Both the position numbers and the translations under genes were made by a program. The notes beneath the pieces were generated by a model that made no database searches, was not told the origin of the DNA, and was given only the letters and a program-made list of their open reading frames with translations. A stretch of DNA of 61,882 nucleotides, filler included, from Choristocarpus tenellus KU-1152 (Eukaryota; Protista; Phaeophyceae): NCBI GenBank assembly GCA_964200185.2. It is 11 parts of 11 records of this genome, joined end to end, with 100 filler letters (N's around TTAATTAATTAA, not from the genome) between each part and the next. Parts side by side here need not be neighbours in the genome. Positions count along the whole stretch, not along the records: positions 41,035 to 43,538 come from CAXNAD020027256.1; positions 43,639 to 47,466 come from CAXNAD020017699.1; positions 47,567 to 53,337 come from CAXNAD020009794.1; positions 53,438 to 58,110 come from CAXNAD020013520.1; 7 more parts are not named here. The stretch is one strand, 5' to 3'. Shown here one piece after another: positions 41,056 through 54,257 of this stretch (positions within the stretch are counted from its first letter, which is position 1; each line of letters starts with the position of its first letter).

Positions 41056-41883
41056 TATCACTGTGAGCTCAACCCCATTGAACACGTATGAGTTCGAGCA
41101 AAGCACTGACTACGGCAGCATTGTACCTATTATTTGGACAGACTCCGAAAAAACGTTCCTTTGAGCTTGAAACCAGGTGAGGATAGGCTGTTTGACTTGT
41201 GTAGAAGTACTACAACAAGGCATACACGCACCATCTTGTCTACTTCAAGACGGCTGCCACTGGACGGGAAGCCGACAAGGAGTAGAAGAGGTACAAGTCT
41301 CATAGGCGCCCAACACATTCGGAATTCCTGGTGACAGACGGAGGAAAGAGTTCCATTTACATTTCATTCCCTTGGGTCGTTCGTTTGGCTGGCGTTTTTT
41401 CGTGTCGAACCAAGTATACTTCAATATAGTAATAGTTCATCTGTTGCCACTCTTTGTGCCGTACAATCCGGGGTTCGAGCCCCAATATGAGCACTCTTTC
41501 TAAAAAAAAGCAACAAAAAACGCGAAGCCTGTACTCTGGAGGGCCTTGTGACGGGCACCACGAATATGCAAACCTTATTTTAATCGGATATCTGCATCAA
41601 ACGTTATCATGGGACAGTCCCAGAGGCACAAAGGATTGGTACCACTACACATTTCGATTAATTGTAGCATTACTAACAATTAAAAAATATAGTGACTCTA
41701 CATCCTTGTGGGGTTGTCATTTTCCAAAAATAATTTATACCAACCCATGCCATTTTTGTCATTTCCCTATCATGTCCAAGTGTCTTGATACTGAGCGCAA
41801 AGCATACCTTGTACTCTAAAAAAAAATCTCAAGTGGTAGCTGTGATAATAGTAGTATTTCTGACATGTGAATAGTTTTTTCTT

Positions 41884-41942
41884 GGTTTTTCCCCTCACAC
41901 ATCTGCAAAATGTCAGAGAGCAATAATATATAATAGTAGTAG
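41884..41942 (+). mobile_element. Non-LTR retrotransposon 3' tag
   Basis: ggtttttcccctcacacatctgcaaaatgtcagagagcaataatatataatagtagtag matches 30090-30143. Confidence 0.75.
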
Positions 41943-42350
41943 CGGTGCTAGATAAGGGAGGGGATGGGACGGTCGAGGTGATGGAGGAAGGCAATGACGG
42001 TGGAGGAGACAGGCAAGGTCGAGGAACTAGTATAAGTGGAGTGTATAGCTCTGATTCGGGAATAGACGAACAGGTTTCGATTTTGCAGAATCGAGAAGGA
42101 CATACGGAGAACGGAACAGGCTCACACCAGGACGAAGTTATTGAGGTGATAGAGGATGGGGATGGGGATGGCGGCCCATGATATAGGCATGGGCGAGGGA
42201 GGAATATAAGCAGAGCACACCACTCTTCTCCAGAAATAGGTGGACGGCAAACCAAATGGGTACACAGGGGGATGGGGCTGGAGAGGTGGTAGAGGATTAC
42301 GATGGTCGTAGGGAGAGGGGGCCTCCCCTCCACAACAACGACTAGGAGGA

Positions 42351-42618
42351 GAGTCAAAGTATCTTAGAGGGTAGCACCGTGTCCATTTGGGGGTCAAAAT
42401 CCAATGTAGCGATTTTGATGTAATTTTGGCTATCGTGTTTGATAGAGGAAGTGTCAACATCTATGCTTCGGACACACCTTTTCATAACGTATACATTTTA
42501 CCTACTCCTAAACATTTTGGAGTAGGAAAATGTGATTAAAAAAAGATGGGAAGCCAAGCCCCAAACGGACAATCAGGGCAAAACTCGTACCCTCTAAGAT
42601 ACTTTCACTATTTCACTC
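42351..42618 (+). mobile_element. MITE family A
   Basis: Left TIR gagtcaaagtatcttagagggtag; right end ccctctaagatactttcacta-tttcactc. Confidence 0.9.
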
Positions 42619-42857
42619 TATCTTGGAGGGTCCGAGTTTTGCCCTGTTTGTCTATTTCGGGCTTGACTTTCCTCAGGGTTTTATTACATTTTCCTATTTC
42701 GGAGTAGGTAAAATGTCTTACATTATGAAAAGGTGTGTCCGGATTAAGGATATTGGCAGTTCCTAACAAACACAATAGCCAAAATTATATCAAAATAGCA
42801 ACACTGGATTTTGGCCCCCAAATTGACGCGGCTCTACCCTCTAAGATACTTTGGCTC
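42619..42857 (-). mobile_element. MITE family A, inverted and abutting the previous copy
   Basis: tatcttggaggg...gttttgccctgtttgtc...ctctaccctctaagatactttggctc. Confidence 0.85.
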
Positions 42858-43638
42858 TCCCATCCCGTACCCCACTGCCGCACCCTGGCAAGCCCAGAAC
42901 ACTATTACGCTGCCGTGGAGAGGAGTGTGGGAACCGAAACCGTGCTGGAATCCATCCGCTCACAATCGTCCTCCACCCCTTTCGCCATCCCACCATTTCG
43001 CCTAACTCTCCATCCCATGTTCACACACCCCAGCCCCTCCCCCTTCATGCCCTCCCTGCCCAAGATGCCTCGATCCACTCCGCCCAGACCACCAGGCCAC
43101 CCTCCCTTGTGGGTGCTCGCTCCACCTCAACTGCATGGTTAGCCTCTGCGAAGACGCCAACCACCCTCTCATATGCCCCCACTGTGGAACACACCTACCC
43201 ATTCCCACGCTTTTCAATCGCCCTTACACCACCCTCACCAGCCAAAGACACCCTCCTGGTGGACTTATAGCCCATCTGAATAACGCCACTGCAGCCTAAA
43301 TCCACCTTTATTCATCACACATCCCGGGCCAAAACTCACACCCCACCCAGCTCCCTCCTCAGGTCCGAGCACTCCCTACCCCCACACCCCAACCCACCTC
43401 ATCCCCTCCTCCACTCCAACCCATCTCACTCCCCCTTCCACCCCAGTCACCACTACCACCACCACCAACTACCCCCACTCCCCCCCCCCCTCCCCCGAGG
43501 AAGTCTAGGCCCCTTACCACCCTATCTACATCCACGTCNNNNNNNNNNNNNNNNNNNNNNNNNNNNNNNNNNNNNNNNNNNNTTAATTAATTAANNNNNN
43601 NNNNNNNNNNNNNNNNNNNNNNNNNNNNNNNNNNNNNN

Positions 43639-43662
43639 CCCCCCTCCCAGATACTTTGGGTC
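43639..43662 (+). mobile_element. MITE family B TIR at contig start
   Basis: cccccctcccagatactttgggtc. Confidence 0.75.
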
Positions 43663-44187
43663 ATATCAGCTCTTCAATATTCTCAGTTGTAGCGATCAGA
43701 ATCACCTCAAATTCATCAAGACACATATTCATCTGTGCGGACCAGATAAGGGACGACAGAGATACATTATGACCAGATTTTATCATTTCTTTCCAGACAC
43801 TAAACCAATGCAATCAATTCCTTCGATGAGGAGCAACTGACTTTCAAATGGATTATCCTTTCTGGCACCTCCGTCCGTGTCTTTGTACTGTCTTGACGAT
43901 CACCTCAGCCAGATAAGAAATATGGTGATATCCACTGGGCAGGGAAAGTTGTTTATGAGACACGATGGGGTTGGTGAGAGAGTTGGCTTGAGTTCATGAG
44001 CAAAGCCAAATGTAAGTATGCTTTGCGAAATCCCAGTGAAAGTGGGGTTCCATACCTCCATACTCCAGACATGTTCAGTGGTATGGAAAGAGGTAGCTAC
44101 TTGAAGGGTAGGAAGTGACGTGGAGGAAAGGCAGGAGGTGATATTGATCTGCCTTGTCATTGATTCGAGTGAGCTGGTCGGGCTCAC

Positions 44188-45145
44188 CTCCTTGTTCTCT
44201 GATGCTCGGATTTTTTGTAAGCTGGCGTACTCCTCTCTCAATTGTTGCAGCACCTTAGACAGTATTGTATTCTCTTCATCTGTGGACTGATTCTGTGGAA
44301 TGTACGTGCATAGGATGAAGAACTTGATGCAATGAAGTGGTAGGTATTTGATACTTGGGCTTAGGATAAGCAGGAGCCCGTTTATTGACTCTTTGGAGAG
44401 GCATACATGGCTCGAGGTCTAGAATCTAGATCAGGGGAGGAGGAGGACTGGTTGGAGACATCATGTCGGCAGGAGTGATTGCCAAGGACTATCGACCAAA
44501 AGATCTTGCATGTGGCGCTTCCGTCGAAAACTCGTTCGTCAATTGAACACCAGGTGGCACATGTTTCGTTCTCACCGAGATCTTGAGATTGTCGTTTTCT
44601 TTCACTACTCTCTTGTATTTCTTATACCAATACGAAGGACCCATTGCGTGCACCCGAGAAGACCTGGACGGTTACAAGTCCTGCGAAGAAAAATTAGGCG
44701 GCATTGTATCAGGTCTTTGATCTGCGTCCTTTGTCGGGTAACCTAACCCCATGACTTGTAACCAAAGGTAGGAAGGAGATGAACAAGAAGGCAGAGCTCG
44801 AACTGTGGTAAGCGTTGGACGTGTGGCAAATTAGAATTAGCTAGTCTGTAGTAGTAGAAACTCTTCGAGCTTCGTGTTATCCGAATTTTGGAGCGTAGGT
44901 ATACTGAGACCGACCCAAGGGTCGGTCGGAATGCAGCTTTACACTCTCTGGCGGGAATGCCAATCGCACTGAATGGCTGGGACGATTAGGGAGCTTGAAA
45001 GTCGCACTCCCAAGATGTTAAATACGAGGACAGTAGTGACTTCTCTTTTTGAAGACCCAGCAGTTAGAAACCGACATGCACGCCTCCGTCGGCGACAACT
45101 CACCTCTGGATCTGTCAATACATCTTCCACCTGAAAGGCGCTCAT
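44188..45145 (-). CDS. Unknown coiled-coil-like protein, candidate exons
   Basis: Segments ending in gtgag donors: MSAFQVEDVLTDPE, ...SYWYKKYKRVVKENDNLKIS, NQSTDEENTILSKVLQQLREEYASLQKIRASENKE. Full chain not resolved. Confidence 0.4.
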
Positions 45146-45673
45146 CGCCTGTCGACGCATATCTGGTGAATGCATTAGTCAGACATTTACTTGTCAATGA
45201 ATTGTGTAAAGCGACGAGTGAGTGAGATTGTCGAGGTCCAACACAAAACTGATAATGAAAACTAGTGCTACCGTGAAACCACCTCTTTGTGTAGAGTCAG
45301 TCTCCAATGAGAAGTCTACAAACACTTTGAATGTTACCACTACTTGGTGTGATTGGGGGTACTATTTTTTTTTGTATACTGATTGAGTATGTAAGACCGT
45401 TGTCTGTTTGCACTCTGTAACGAGAGTGCTAGGGTTCGAACCCGTGTTGCCCCCAACCAAATTTTCTCTGGAGGAATCATGACTTGGATGGACGATGTGG
45501 CAAGTGCATTGAGAAGGTGTACCTGTACCTTATCATCGCCCACTTAACGACTAAGAGCGCATAAGGCAATAACTGGATCGTAGTGGTAAAGATTCGCTGT
45601 GGATGGAGGTGCATGAATCAGGGGATGTTGGGTACTCCAACTAGTAGTTTGCAGTTTTTTTTCAAAATTATAT

Positions 45674-46210
45674 ATACTATTATGCCCTCTGATATTTTCC
45701 TGATGTGTAGGGAAAAACCAAACCTATGCCACAAGAACAACTGTACATGCACCATCACCAGCTGTCATCAAATTCTAGTATAGATCTAACATTTGTAAGT
45801 GTGTTAGCACGGAAATACCAAACCTACGTGACAAAGGCAAATGAAAATAAATGTATAACCAGTTGTCATCAAAGGCTTTTACACCTCTCTAAAATATATG
45901 CACTATTTGATATCTAACGCTGTATGCAACAATGTCCCCTTTAAGGTTTTCACTCTGAGGTAATGTGTATACAGTTGAGCTTCTAACCTAGCTTAGTCTT
46001 AAAAAGGTGGGCAAGAAGGTAGGGAAGCATCCCAAGAATCTCTTAGGCCACCTCTTGTCCTCCTGCTTGGTGCCTTGGCCTGGAAACGCGTGACAGTTCT
46101 AAAGAGAGTCGCTTGTAGAGTGACAGGCACCATCTGTCTGAAACGGGACTTGAAAACTAACGAATCAAAAGTCTCTTTATCGTTTCCAAGTCGCCCCAAA
46201 CTTTCCACCT
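45674..46210 (-). mobile_element. Decayed 3' remnant of the RLE-type non-LTR family
   Basis: ESLGRLG...VFKSRFRQMVPVTLQATLFRTVTRF and gattcttgggatgcttcccta match 23740-23995; terminal tag at 45674-45719. Confidence 0.7.
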
Positions 46211-46999
46211 TAAAAGTGTTGAGATGAAGAGTATGAGGGTCAAATTATGATAAAGAATAATGTATGGGGTATTTGCGGAGAGCAGGTCTAAGGGACTCCG
46301 ATGATGACACTTCTCAGATTGAGAGTATCGCTGAGGGCCCTTCCTGTTTGCGGAGTCTGAGAGAAATCTATGATGGCACATTTTTCGACAAGAGTTCCAC
46401 TGAGGGTCTCTCCGGGTTTCGAAGTCTGACGACATTTTCAGTGGCAATCCTCTTATGGAGAGCATTGCCGACAGTCCTCATCTGTTTCACTGATGAATCA
46501 TCGAGCATCTTCAGTTCCAGTTCTGAGAAGAAGTTCCATTGTTAAGTCATTGTCTTTGTCTCAGATTCTCTTCAGTGACGCTGGTTTCATCGAGACCCTC
46601 TTTAGTGATTGTTGATATTTGAGGTCATCATGAATACCTCTCATTGGTTGGGTCGTGTTCTGAATGACTTCAAATGAAGCGTCAAACTTGACCTGCATTT
46701 GTTGTTGAGGGTCTTTCCTGTTGAGGTTTGTCCGAGTGCACCTTGCTCGTGCAGTTGCACGCACTGGCTTGATGTTGTGTTCATCATCCACCTTGTCAGT
46801 TCTCACTCTTTCCCTCTCACCTTCATCATGTTCCTGTCCACTTCACTGTCTCGTCAACATGACTTGGTGGCTGTCATCACCACCCAAAATCAGAGATTTG
46901 AGCCATTGATATATATATATATATATATATATGCAAGCACTAACTTTATTACAATATTTGTAAATTCAGGGATAAGATGAATAGAAATGGTTTTAGCCC

Positions 47000-47280
47000 C
47001 TCCACCAATAAAGTATGCAGATTGGTACCACGCAAATGTGGTTTGGGGCACCATTCCTCCAATATGCCGTATGGCACGTTAATCGCACCAGGGGTGAAGT
47101 GGAGGTCACAACTATCTTTCTGTTGGCAAGAATCTTGTGAAACGTTCAGTAGGTTGTTTGTCAGTGAGTGCCCAATAGATGGAGAGGATGTCATCAATGT
47201 CGTGAACATCACAAGGTTCAATGATAAGAGGAGAAAGGGGAAATTCAGTCTTGTATTCACTCCTATTAGTTTAAATACCA
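47000..47280 (-). mobile_element. Possible highly decayed Ty3/gypsy reverse transcriptase fragment
   Basis: Minus-strand peptides EYKTEF (KTAF-like) and DIDDIL (YxDDIL-like) occur in the expected order but too close together and with stops. Confidence 0.25.
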
Positions 47281-47357
47281 CTCACCATATACTATGTTGT
47301 ATCGCACACTGGGAAGAGGGAATCTAGAGTAACATCTCAAAGGAAAGAGACCAATGA

Positions 47358-47392
47358 GACCCAAAGTATCTAGGGGGGGGGGGGGGGGGGGG
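47358..47392 (+). mobile_element. MITE family B TIR running into poly-G near contig end
   Basis: gacccaaagtatctagggggggg. Confidence 0.75.
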
Positions 47393-50038
47393 ACCCGGGG
47401 GGCCCTTTGGGGGGAAAAGAGAGCGGGGGAGGGGGGGGGGGGGGGAGGGGGGGGGGCGTAGGGGGGNNNNNNNNNNNNNNNNNNNNNNNNNNNNNNNNNN
47501 NNNNNNNNNNTTAATTAATTAANNNNNNNNNNNNNNNNNNNNNNNNNNNNNNNNNNNNNNNNNNNNCTGCTTTGTATGGTGGGGTGTGTTGTGAGGTGTG
47601 TGGTTTTTGCGTATCCGACAGACACATCGGGGGGGGGGGGGGGGAAAGCAATGAGCGAAGCATGTATCATACACAGCCCCAAGTTCATAAAATGACCCTC
47701 AGAGCAACAGTATCACCACCGATTCATGTTCCTCCCAAACCCCCAACGGATTTGATAATACATGCCACACACTAGATGCTACCCCCGAAACAATGCCGGC
47801 GTAGGTATGTTATTGCTCCGTACAAGAACAGCAGGGAGGTAGTTCCGGAATCATGAGAAACAAGTGATAAAACTAGATGCGTGTTCGCAGGGAGGCCACC
47901 TAACAATCCAGCAATTTTCTGCTTTCAGCTGATTAAGAAATCGGCAGTCAGCGGAGCGGTATGATGTTACATTGTTTACTACAAAACTGTGATTTGCTTT
48001 CTTGTTCACCTTCTACCACCAACAGAACCAAAAACATGTCCTGAACACTGATGAGGAGCAAGCACCCTGTTTGCAAGGAAAGAGTCATACCACAATACTG
48101 AAGCAAAAAAACAATTCAATATTTTATTTGGGTGGTGGGGGTAGACCAGTACGGATGCTGCATCAAGGAAATCACCAAGCTTGACAAAAAAAATCCTTGA
48201 AAAATTGAGCTTATCCCTCACCAAATGCGGAGAAGTGCTATCCAGGGCAAGACAAACATCACAATCAGGGTCAGTGAAGTAACTTTCACAGGTTTCCTGA
48301 ATAAGTGTTTATAGTAGTTTCAGAGCATGTTACTCCGGCACTTCTTCTATACCATTGCACCAATCAGTGGTTGTGGGTTTCTTTCGTCGAAATTTTGACG
48401 GGGTGGGATCAATCCCTCACTTTGATTATCCCCCCCCAACCCCATTCCAATTACATCTGTGTGCACTCCGCTGCAATGGTTTTTTCCCTAGAAAATTACA
48501 AAACATCCCTCAGTCCTGGTTTATTTCCTTCTGTATCATATCGCCACTAGTGATTCGCAACAATCGAGCTTCCCTCATCTACCTCTCCTTTGCCACGACT
48601 CTCACCTTTCTTTACACATGGTCACAGTAATGAGAAGGAACACATATTAACAAGCAAACTGCAATACCCAAAAAACATTGGGCTCATTGATGGCAACTTT
48701 TTGAGACGACTTGTCAATACGCCCGAAATGCAAAAATGCACCATACGTCTCTCCATAGGAAGGTAACGTCACACAACAGCGACTAATTGCACTGGTTCAT
48801 CACGCTTTCCAAACTTCATATTGATTCCTATCAACTGCTGGTCACACACCCATGTGTTCTCGCATCCAAAGCTGCGAAGTATTCGCTAGCACCATGATTG
48901 AAAGCAACAGTCCAAAGAACAAACCCTTCGCGCATTTCTAGTTTTGGGTAGAGGGGCAATCTTAAGGGGGAGTAAATCAGCGCACACTCCGAAGTGCGTG
49001 TAGTCTGACTAGAGCTAGAATAGTATGAATCACATCGAAAAATCAACGAGAGCCATTGAGTTTGTTCCTTTGAAGTAGAAGTTTTCAGGCGACAAGCTTA
49101 TGCGGTTCACGCTTTGCCCAACTATTGCAGTCCACAAGATTATCAGACGCGGCAACCCATGAAACACTAAATATCCTCACTAATTGTGTGTGCGAGTAAA
49201 CGCCGCTACAGGCTGGAACCTGGGAAATAGTGTAAGCAAATACATCACAATACACCGTATCACCAAATAGAATTCTTTGTGCAACTTAAAGGAAGGATGC
49301 GTGAGTGTACACTATGCCAACTATTACTCACTGTGGAGGAGACGCCATGAACCCCTGCTCCTTCGATGCGTGTCCCTTCCACTGTTTCCGACAAGCTTTG
49401 CCCTACCACTAACAGCAGCTCCGTTGGACACGAACCACAGCACGACCACCGCCGCTCGTCAACACAGTCACCGTGAGTCGTAGTTATGAAATACGCAGCT
49501 TTTCGGTCTTCTCCTTTGTTGTCCCCTTTCTTCCTGCGGAGCCAGATCCTTTGATACTCGGGTGGGAGGTTGCGCACCTGAAGCGGAGTTGTCTAAAAGA
49601 GAGGAGATAGAGGTGAGTGATGTTCTTTCACCACTTTTTTTTTTCTCATCTTTTGATCTTGTTATTGATTTGTTTTTTTGAACCAACTTCCCATAACTTT
49701 TTCTTTTACCTGAAACCCCCCCAACAACCCATAACACCACCACTTCTGTGACAGAGGTTTAAGTTGGAACACTTAGAAGGAACGAGAAACATGGGCACAC
49801 TCGACCACTGTTCTCCCTAAATTACCGATTCTGTCTTTGCTTGTCTCTGTTAAATATCAAGCGACGGTGCTTCCAACGTGAACGGAACTATGCTATAGGG
49901 CACGTGAAAACAGTAGCGAGCTTCGGGGGGGAGAAGGCATCCTTCGTAGCAGACTTCAAGATTAGATAGAAGAAGGTCGTCGAGAAGAAGATTGACCTCG
50001 AGAGAATCCCCTACAGCATAGCATCCTGCCACTAAGGA

Positions 50039-52187
50039 ATGTTTCAGGATGTCAAGCAGACAGATGCTTCTCACATTTGTACCGATGAGGTATGCCATCT
50101 CTCCAAGCGAAAAATGGCTGGTAGGATCTTATTCTCAGGTCGCTACATAGCAAACTCTCGGGCACCCTCCATGTCTATACCATGTAGTTCAATACCTTAT
50201 ATATGATGATTGTGTTGTACAGTACAAGCAGCTAACCTGACTTAATTTCTCTGCTCCCAGCTTACACTTCAGCACGCCTCCGTCCAAGAAGCTTCAACCT
50301 TCGACACCAATGCGGGTGATGGTGAAGATGGACGTGATCACCTGCCTAGCCTTGCAACAGATGAGTCCTCGGCAACCATCGGTACCTCTGGGCTGCCAAA
50401 GTTTGAAAGCTCTGCGGAAAAAAATATCTGGTCGGTGTCCAACCCTCTTTGGAGAGCCTTTCCGGTTTGTAAACCTCGCCTTGCAAAACCAGAGGATGCA
50501 AATGTGGATTGGGTGACCAAGCATGTCCCCAGAGACCTACGGTCTTTCCTGGGGCAGGACAAACGAGTAAACAAGGGGTGAGCAGTCGTCATATCATGGA
50601 ATGCACATTAGTCCTACTGATCATCGTTGGATGCACTCCTATCAATCGGGACGTAGTAACCCAAGTCCCTTACATAACAGTGTCTGCAATCTCTCAAATA
50701 TGATGGCCTCTCGAGATGCCAAAAATAAACTACTGCAAGCCAAAACTGATATTTTGACTCTCTATGGCATCAAGTGATGTGTGCTCACAACCGCTATGCA
50801 TGCAAACAATTGCTGATAGATCGACCCCTCAAAAATGTATTACTTTTACTGGAATCTCATCTGAGTCAGAAGTCAGCAATATCATGTTGGGGTGTTTTGT
50901 AAAGAGTGTTGTGTGGCCTCCAGTCGTTCTGCACACTCATATTTTCCCCCACCTGATGTATATCCTTGTAGTATCCCTGTCGAAGAACCATAACCCCAAC
51001 CACATCCATTGGCATCGTCCAATACCAACAAGATATATAGCTACTACTCTGGAGTACTACAAGAACCAACCTTGTTGACAATGACACTCAAGGCATACTC
51101 AAACCAAGTAGTGTTATCGACAGCCTTCCAATACTATTGATATCAAAAGTGACCAAAATTTAACTCCAACCTTAGGACTGCAGATCACCTGAGAAATTGC
51201 ATGGAAAACAAGATGGTGTCGAAGAGCATGATCTTTATCGGTCCTCCTGGCTCAGGGAAAAGTGCGACAATAAAGGTTAATACCAAAAAAACTGGAGTTG
51301 GATACGTCTTCAAGGAAGAATAAACGGCTAGACAGGGTGGAAGGCGTTGCCAATCATTGTTTTGAGAGCTTTTGTTGTTGTAGATCCTGCTGTTGTCAAT
51401 CATTTTTTTGGGGTGTTCTTAGTGCTTGTGTTGTTGGTGCGATCATAGCTCACTTGCAGTCAAGAGGAATCCCAGGTCAGAAACAGTTCCCTGAGGTACA
51501 TTAATTATGGTACAAGAATGAAATAGAAGCATCCCTTATACTGCCAGTGGTAGTCCCCCTCACCCTCATACAGTATTGTCGCACTGACTATACTGCCATA
51601 GCATATATAGTGTATTGCAATGCACAACTTGGGAGAGTATAGTGCAAGCCAATTTTGCCCATCATCTTGTCAACTTAACAATAAAGAAGTGCAATCCAAG
51701 CAGATACCCTGCCCATTTTAGAGACAACCACAAGACAGATTGTTAGCTGGCATTTTCACACCATGGTTCAAACACCACAGGCACTGCTACTATCCATGAT
51801 GTACTGTACTGTTTATAGAGTTCTATGCTCTTAACTGTGCTATTCACATGTTCAGTCAGTAGAGACTTTTGCTTGATGAATGCCACCCAGCAGATCAGTT
51901 AGACGCCATTCTTCATAAACATTATTCCAAACATTTTTACAAACATCCTTACAAATATTCTTCCAAACCTTCCTCTCAGTTCCACAAACCCAAAGATTCA
52001 TCTCTCATCTTTAGTGTACAAATCTCTTGTATGCATCACTTTGACCTCTGAAGTCAACAAACCACAAACCCTCTTGCCACACTCCATCCAACAGGTCTTT
52101 CTTTCCGAATTCTTGGGAATCTTTGTCTCATCACCGGAAGCCCGAGCCAGGATGTATCGCTCAAGGGTAATGCACGCATCTCCAGAG
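50039..52187 (+). CDS. Divergent replication factor C-like (clamp-loader clade) AAA+ ATPase, 5' exons
   Basis: Exons 50039-50089, 50261-50577, 51176-51275, 52095-52187 are in phase. DWVTKHVPRDLRSFLGQD resembles RFC box II (WVEKYRP..L....GQ), followed by Walker A SMIFIGPPGSGKS and VFLSEFLG...RVMHASPE. Absent from the ORF track. Confidence 0.75.
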
Positions 52188-52679
52188 GTGCGGTTGTTGT
52201 GCAGGGATTGTAAAGATTACAACTGTAAGGAGCTCAATCATTTTATCAACACGTTTTCATCCCTTTGAGAGAGAGTCAGTGGTTTTTGTACCCTGCTCAA
52301 AGGTATCTTGCTTCTTCTGTGCAATTGATCATCCTGTGCGAACACCTCTTAAGTTTGGCTTTGAGTCGACCAGCACCAATGCAACCAAGGCTTGAAATGT
52401 TGCGCAATAGTTTATGCAGCACTTGATACAAAATTTTCTGGTAACCTTCACCTAAGAGGGGTAGAGAAGGAGCCGTAGCTGTGTTTGCCTTGGCCAGAAA
52501 AGGTGCCGCGAAAATTCCGCAGCTACATACACCCTGGAGGGTTTCCACACCAAATGTGCATTTAAAGAAGTCATCTGCAGTAGAGCTAACAGCAATGTAT
52601 CTACAAGATGTTTGCAACAGTTGTTGACAGATAGCAGTACACATTGATTGTGTTGGGATCAACAATCATCAAGGTGAGT

Positions 52680-52940
52680 GAGTCAGAGCATCTTAGAGGG
52701 TAGAGTCGCATCCATTTGGGGGCCAAAATCCAATGTTGCAATTTTGATGTAATTTTGACTATCGTGTTTGTTAGCAAGTGTCAATATCCATTGTTCCAGA
52801 CACACCTTTTCATAATGTATATATTTTTTACCTACTCCGAAACATTTTGGAGTAGGAAAATATCAGTAAAAACCCTTGGAAAGGCAAACCCCAAGTGGAC
52901 AAACAGGGCAAAACTTGTACCCTCTAAGATACTTTCACTC
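52680..52940 (+). mobile_element. MITE family A
   Basis: TIRs gagtcagagcatcttagagggta / taccctctaagatactttcactc; flanks gagt/aagt. Confidence 0.92.
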
Positions 52941-53437
52941 AAGTGGTTTCCAAAAGAAAAACAAGTGAGTGGCTCGTAAACTTGCAGAAACAGAACATGA
53001 AGTCAGCGTGCTTACTCCGGGCGTTCTGAGAAAAAAGGACTGAGACACATGACTGCATGACTTGATGACAACATCAATAACATCGATGATAGATTCAGTA
53101 TGAACTCGTACCGCAGACCAAGAAGTCATCCGCAGCAGCAATGATGATTATTGATTCTACATGAACGTACAGAGCTCCGTATTTTTCTTTTCTAAGGCAG
53201 TTTGTGCGCAGACCATGATACAACTTCTTCGGTCTCCAAATACTTGCAGAAAATGTCACAGCCAACTACATTGTTTTTCAAACTCTTGGGGGGAGGGGGG
53301 GGGAGGTCCCAGAATTCAGCTCCATGAGCCGGGGGTCNNNNNNNNNNNNNNNNNNNNNNNNNNNNNNNNNNNNNNNNNNNNTTAATTAATTAANNNNNNN
53401 NNNNNNNNNNNNNNNNNNNNNNNNNNNNNNNNNNNNN

Positions 53438-53476
53438 CCTCACAAACCACCCCCCCCCCCCAAGATACTTTGACCC
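53438..53476 (+). mobile_element. MITE family B-type TIR at contig start
   Basis: ccccccccccaagatactttgaccc. Confidence 0.7.
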
Positions 53477-54003
53477 TTTCTTTAATTCCTCTCGAATTGC
53501 AGCTTCCTCTCCTTTGGCATGGTCATATGTACGCATGGATTGTGATATTCTTCTTTGCGTTCGTGTTCTCTTCCTTTCAAAGAGACACGTCTCTGGGTGA
53601 CAGTGCCCTATTTGTGTGTTTGTATTACTCTTTTGTTGACAAGTCTTTGTACGACAGTACTCTGTGTGTTTGTGTGACTTTTGTGTGAACAAGGCTCTGT
53701 GTATGACAGTACCCTATTTTCGTGTTTCCCTTTAATGTTAAAGTCAAACTCGGAATTAGTGGCGTGAGGTGTGAGTACAAGGTTAGAGTATCTATTGCCT
53801 GGGCAAACTTTGGATGTTTTTCCCACGAGGTTGCCTCCTCCCCTGGATTCCCTACGCTGCCTTGTGATGCTTAAGGACCTGGAAGTGACATTAATTTCAT
53901 ATCAACTTCGTTCGAAATGGGAAGGAGAGGTGTTCTCTTTCCTTGTTCAATTGTTTTGTTGAAGCAGACGTTGTTCACGCTGGGGTCATATTGCAGGCAA
54001 ATT

Positions 54004-54257
54004 GAGTCAAAATATCTTAGAAGGTAGGGCCACATCCATTTGGGGGCCAGAATCCAATTTTGCAATTTTGATGTAATTTTGGCTACCGTGTTTGTTAGGC
54101 AGTATCCTCGTTCCGGACACACCTTTTCATAACGTATACATTTGACCTACTCTGAAACATTTTGGAGTGGAAAAATGTAATAAAAAACCCCCGAGGGAAG
54201 CCAAGCCCCAAACGGACAAATATGGCAAAACTTGTACCCTCTAAGACACATCCACTC
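54004..54257 (+). mobile_element. MITE family A
   Basis: TIRs gagtcaaaatatcttagaagg / ccctctaagacacatccactc; flanks aatt/gatt. Confidence 0.88.

Noticed and set aside
44908-44927. GACCGACCC-AA-GGGTCGGTC hairpin as a Helitron 3' end or terminator
   Set aside because: No CTRR terminus at the expected distance on either strand, and single occurrence.
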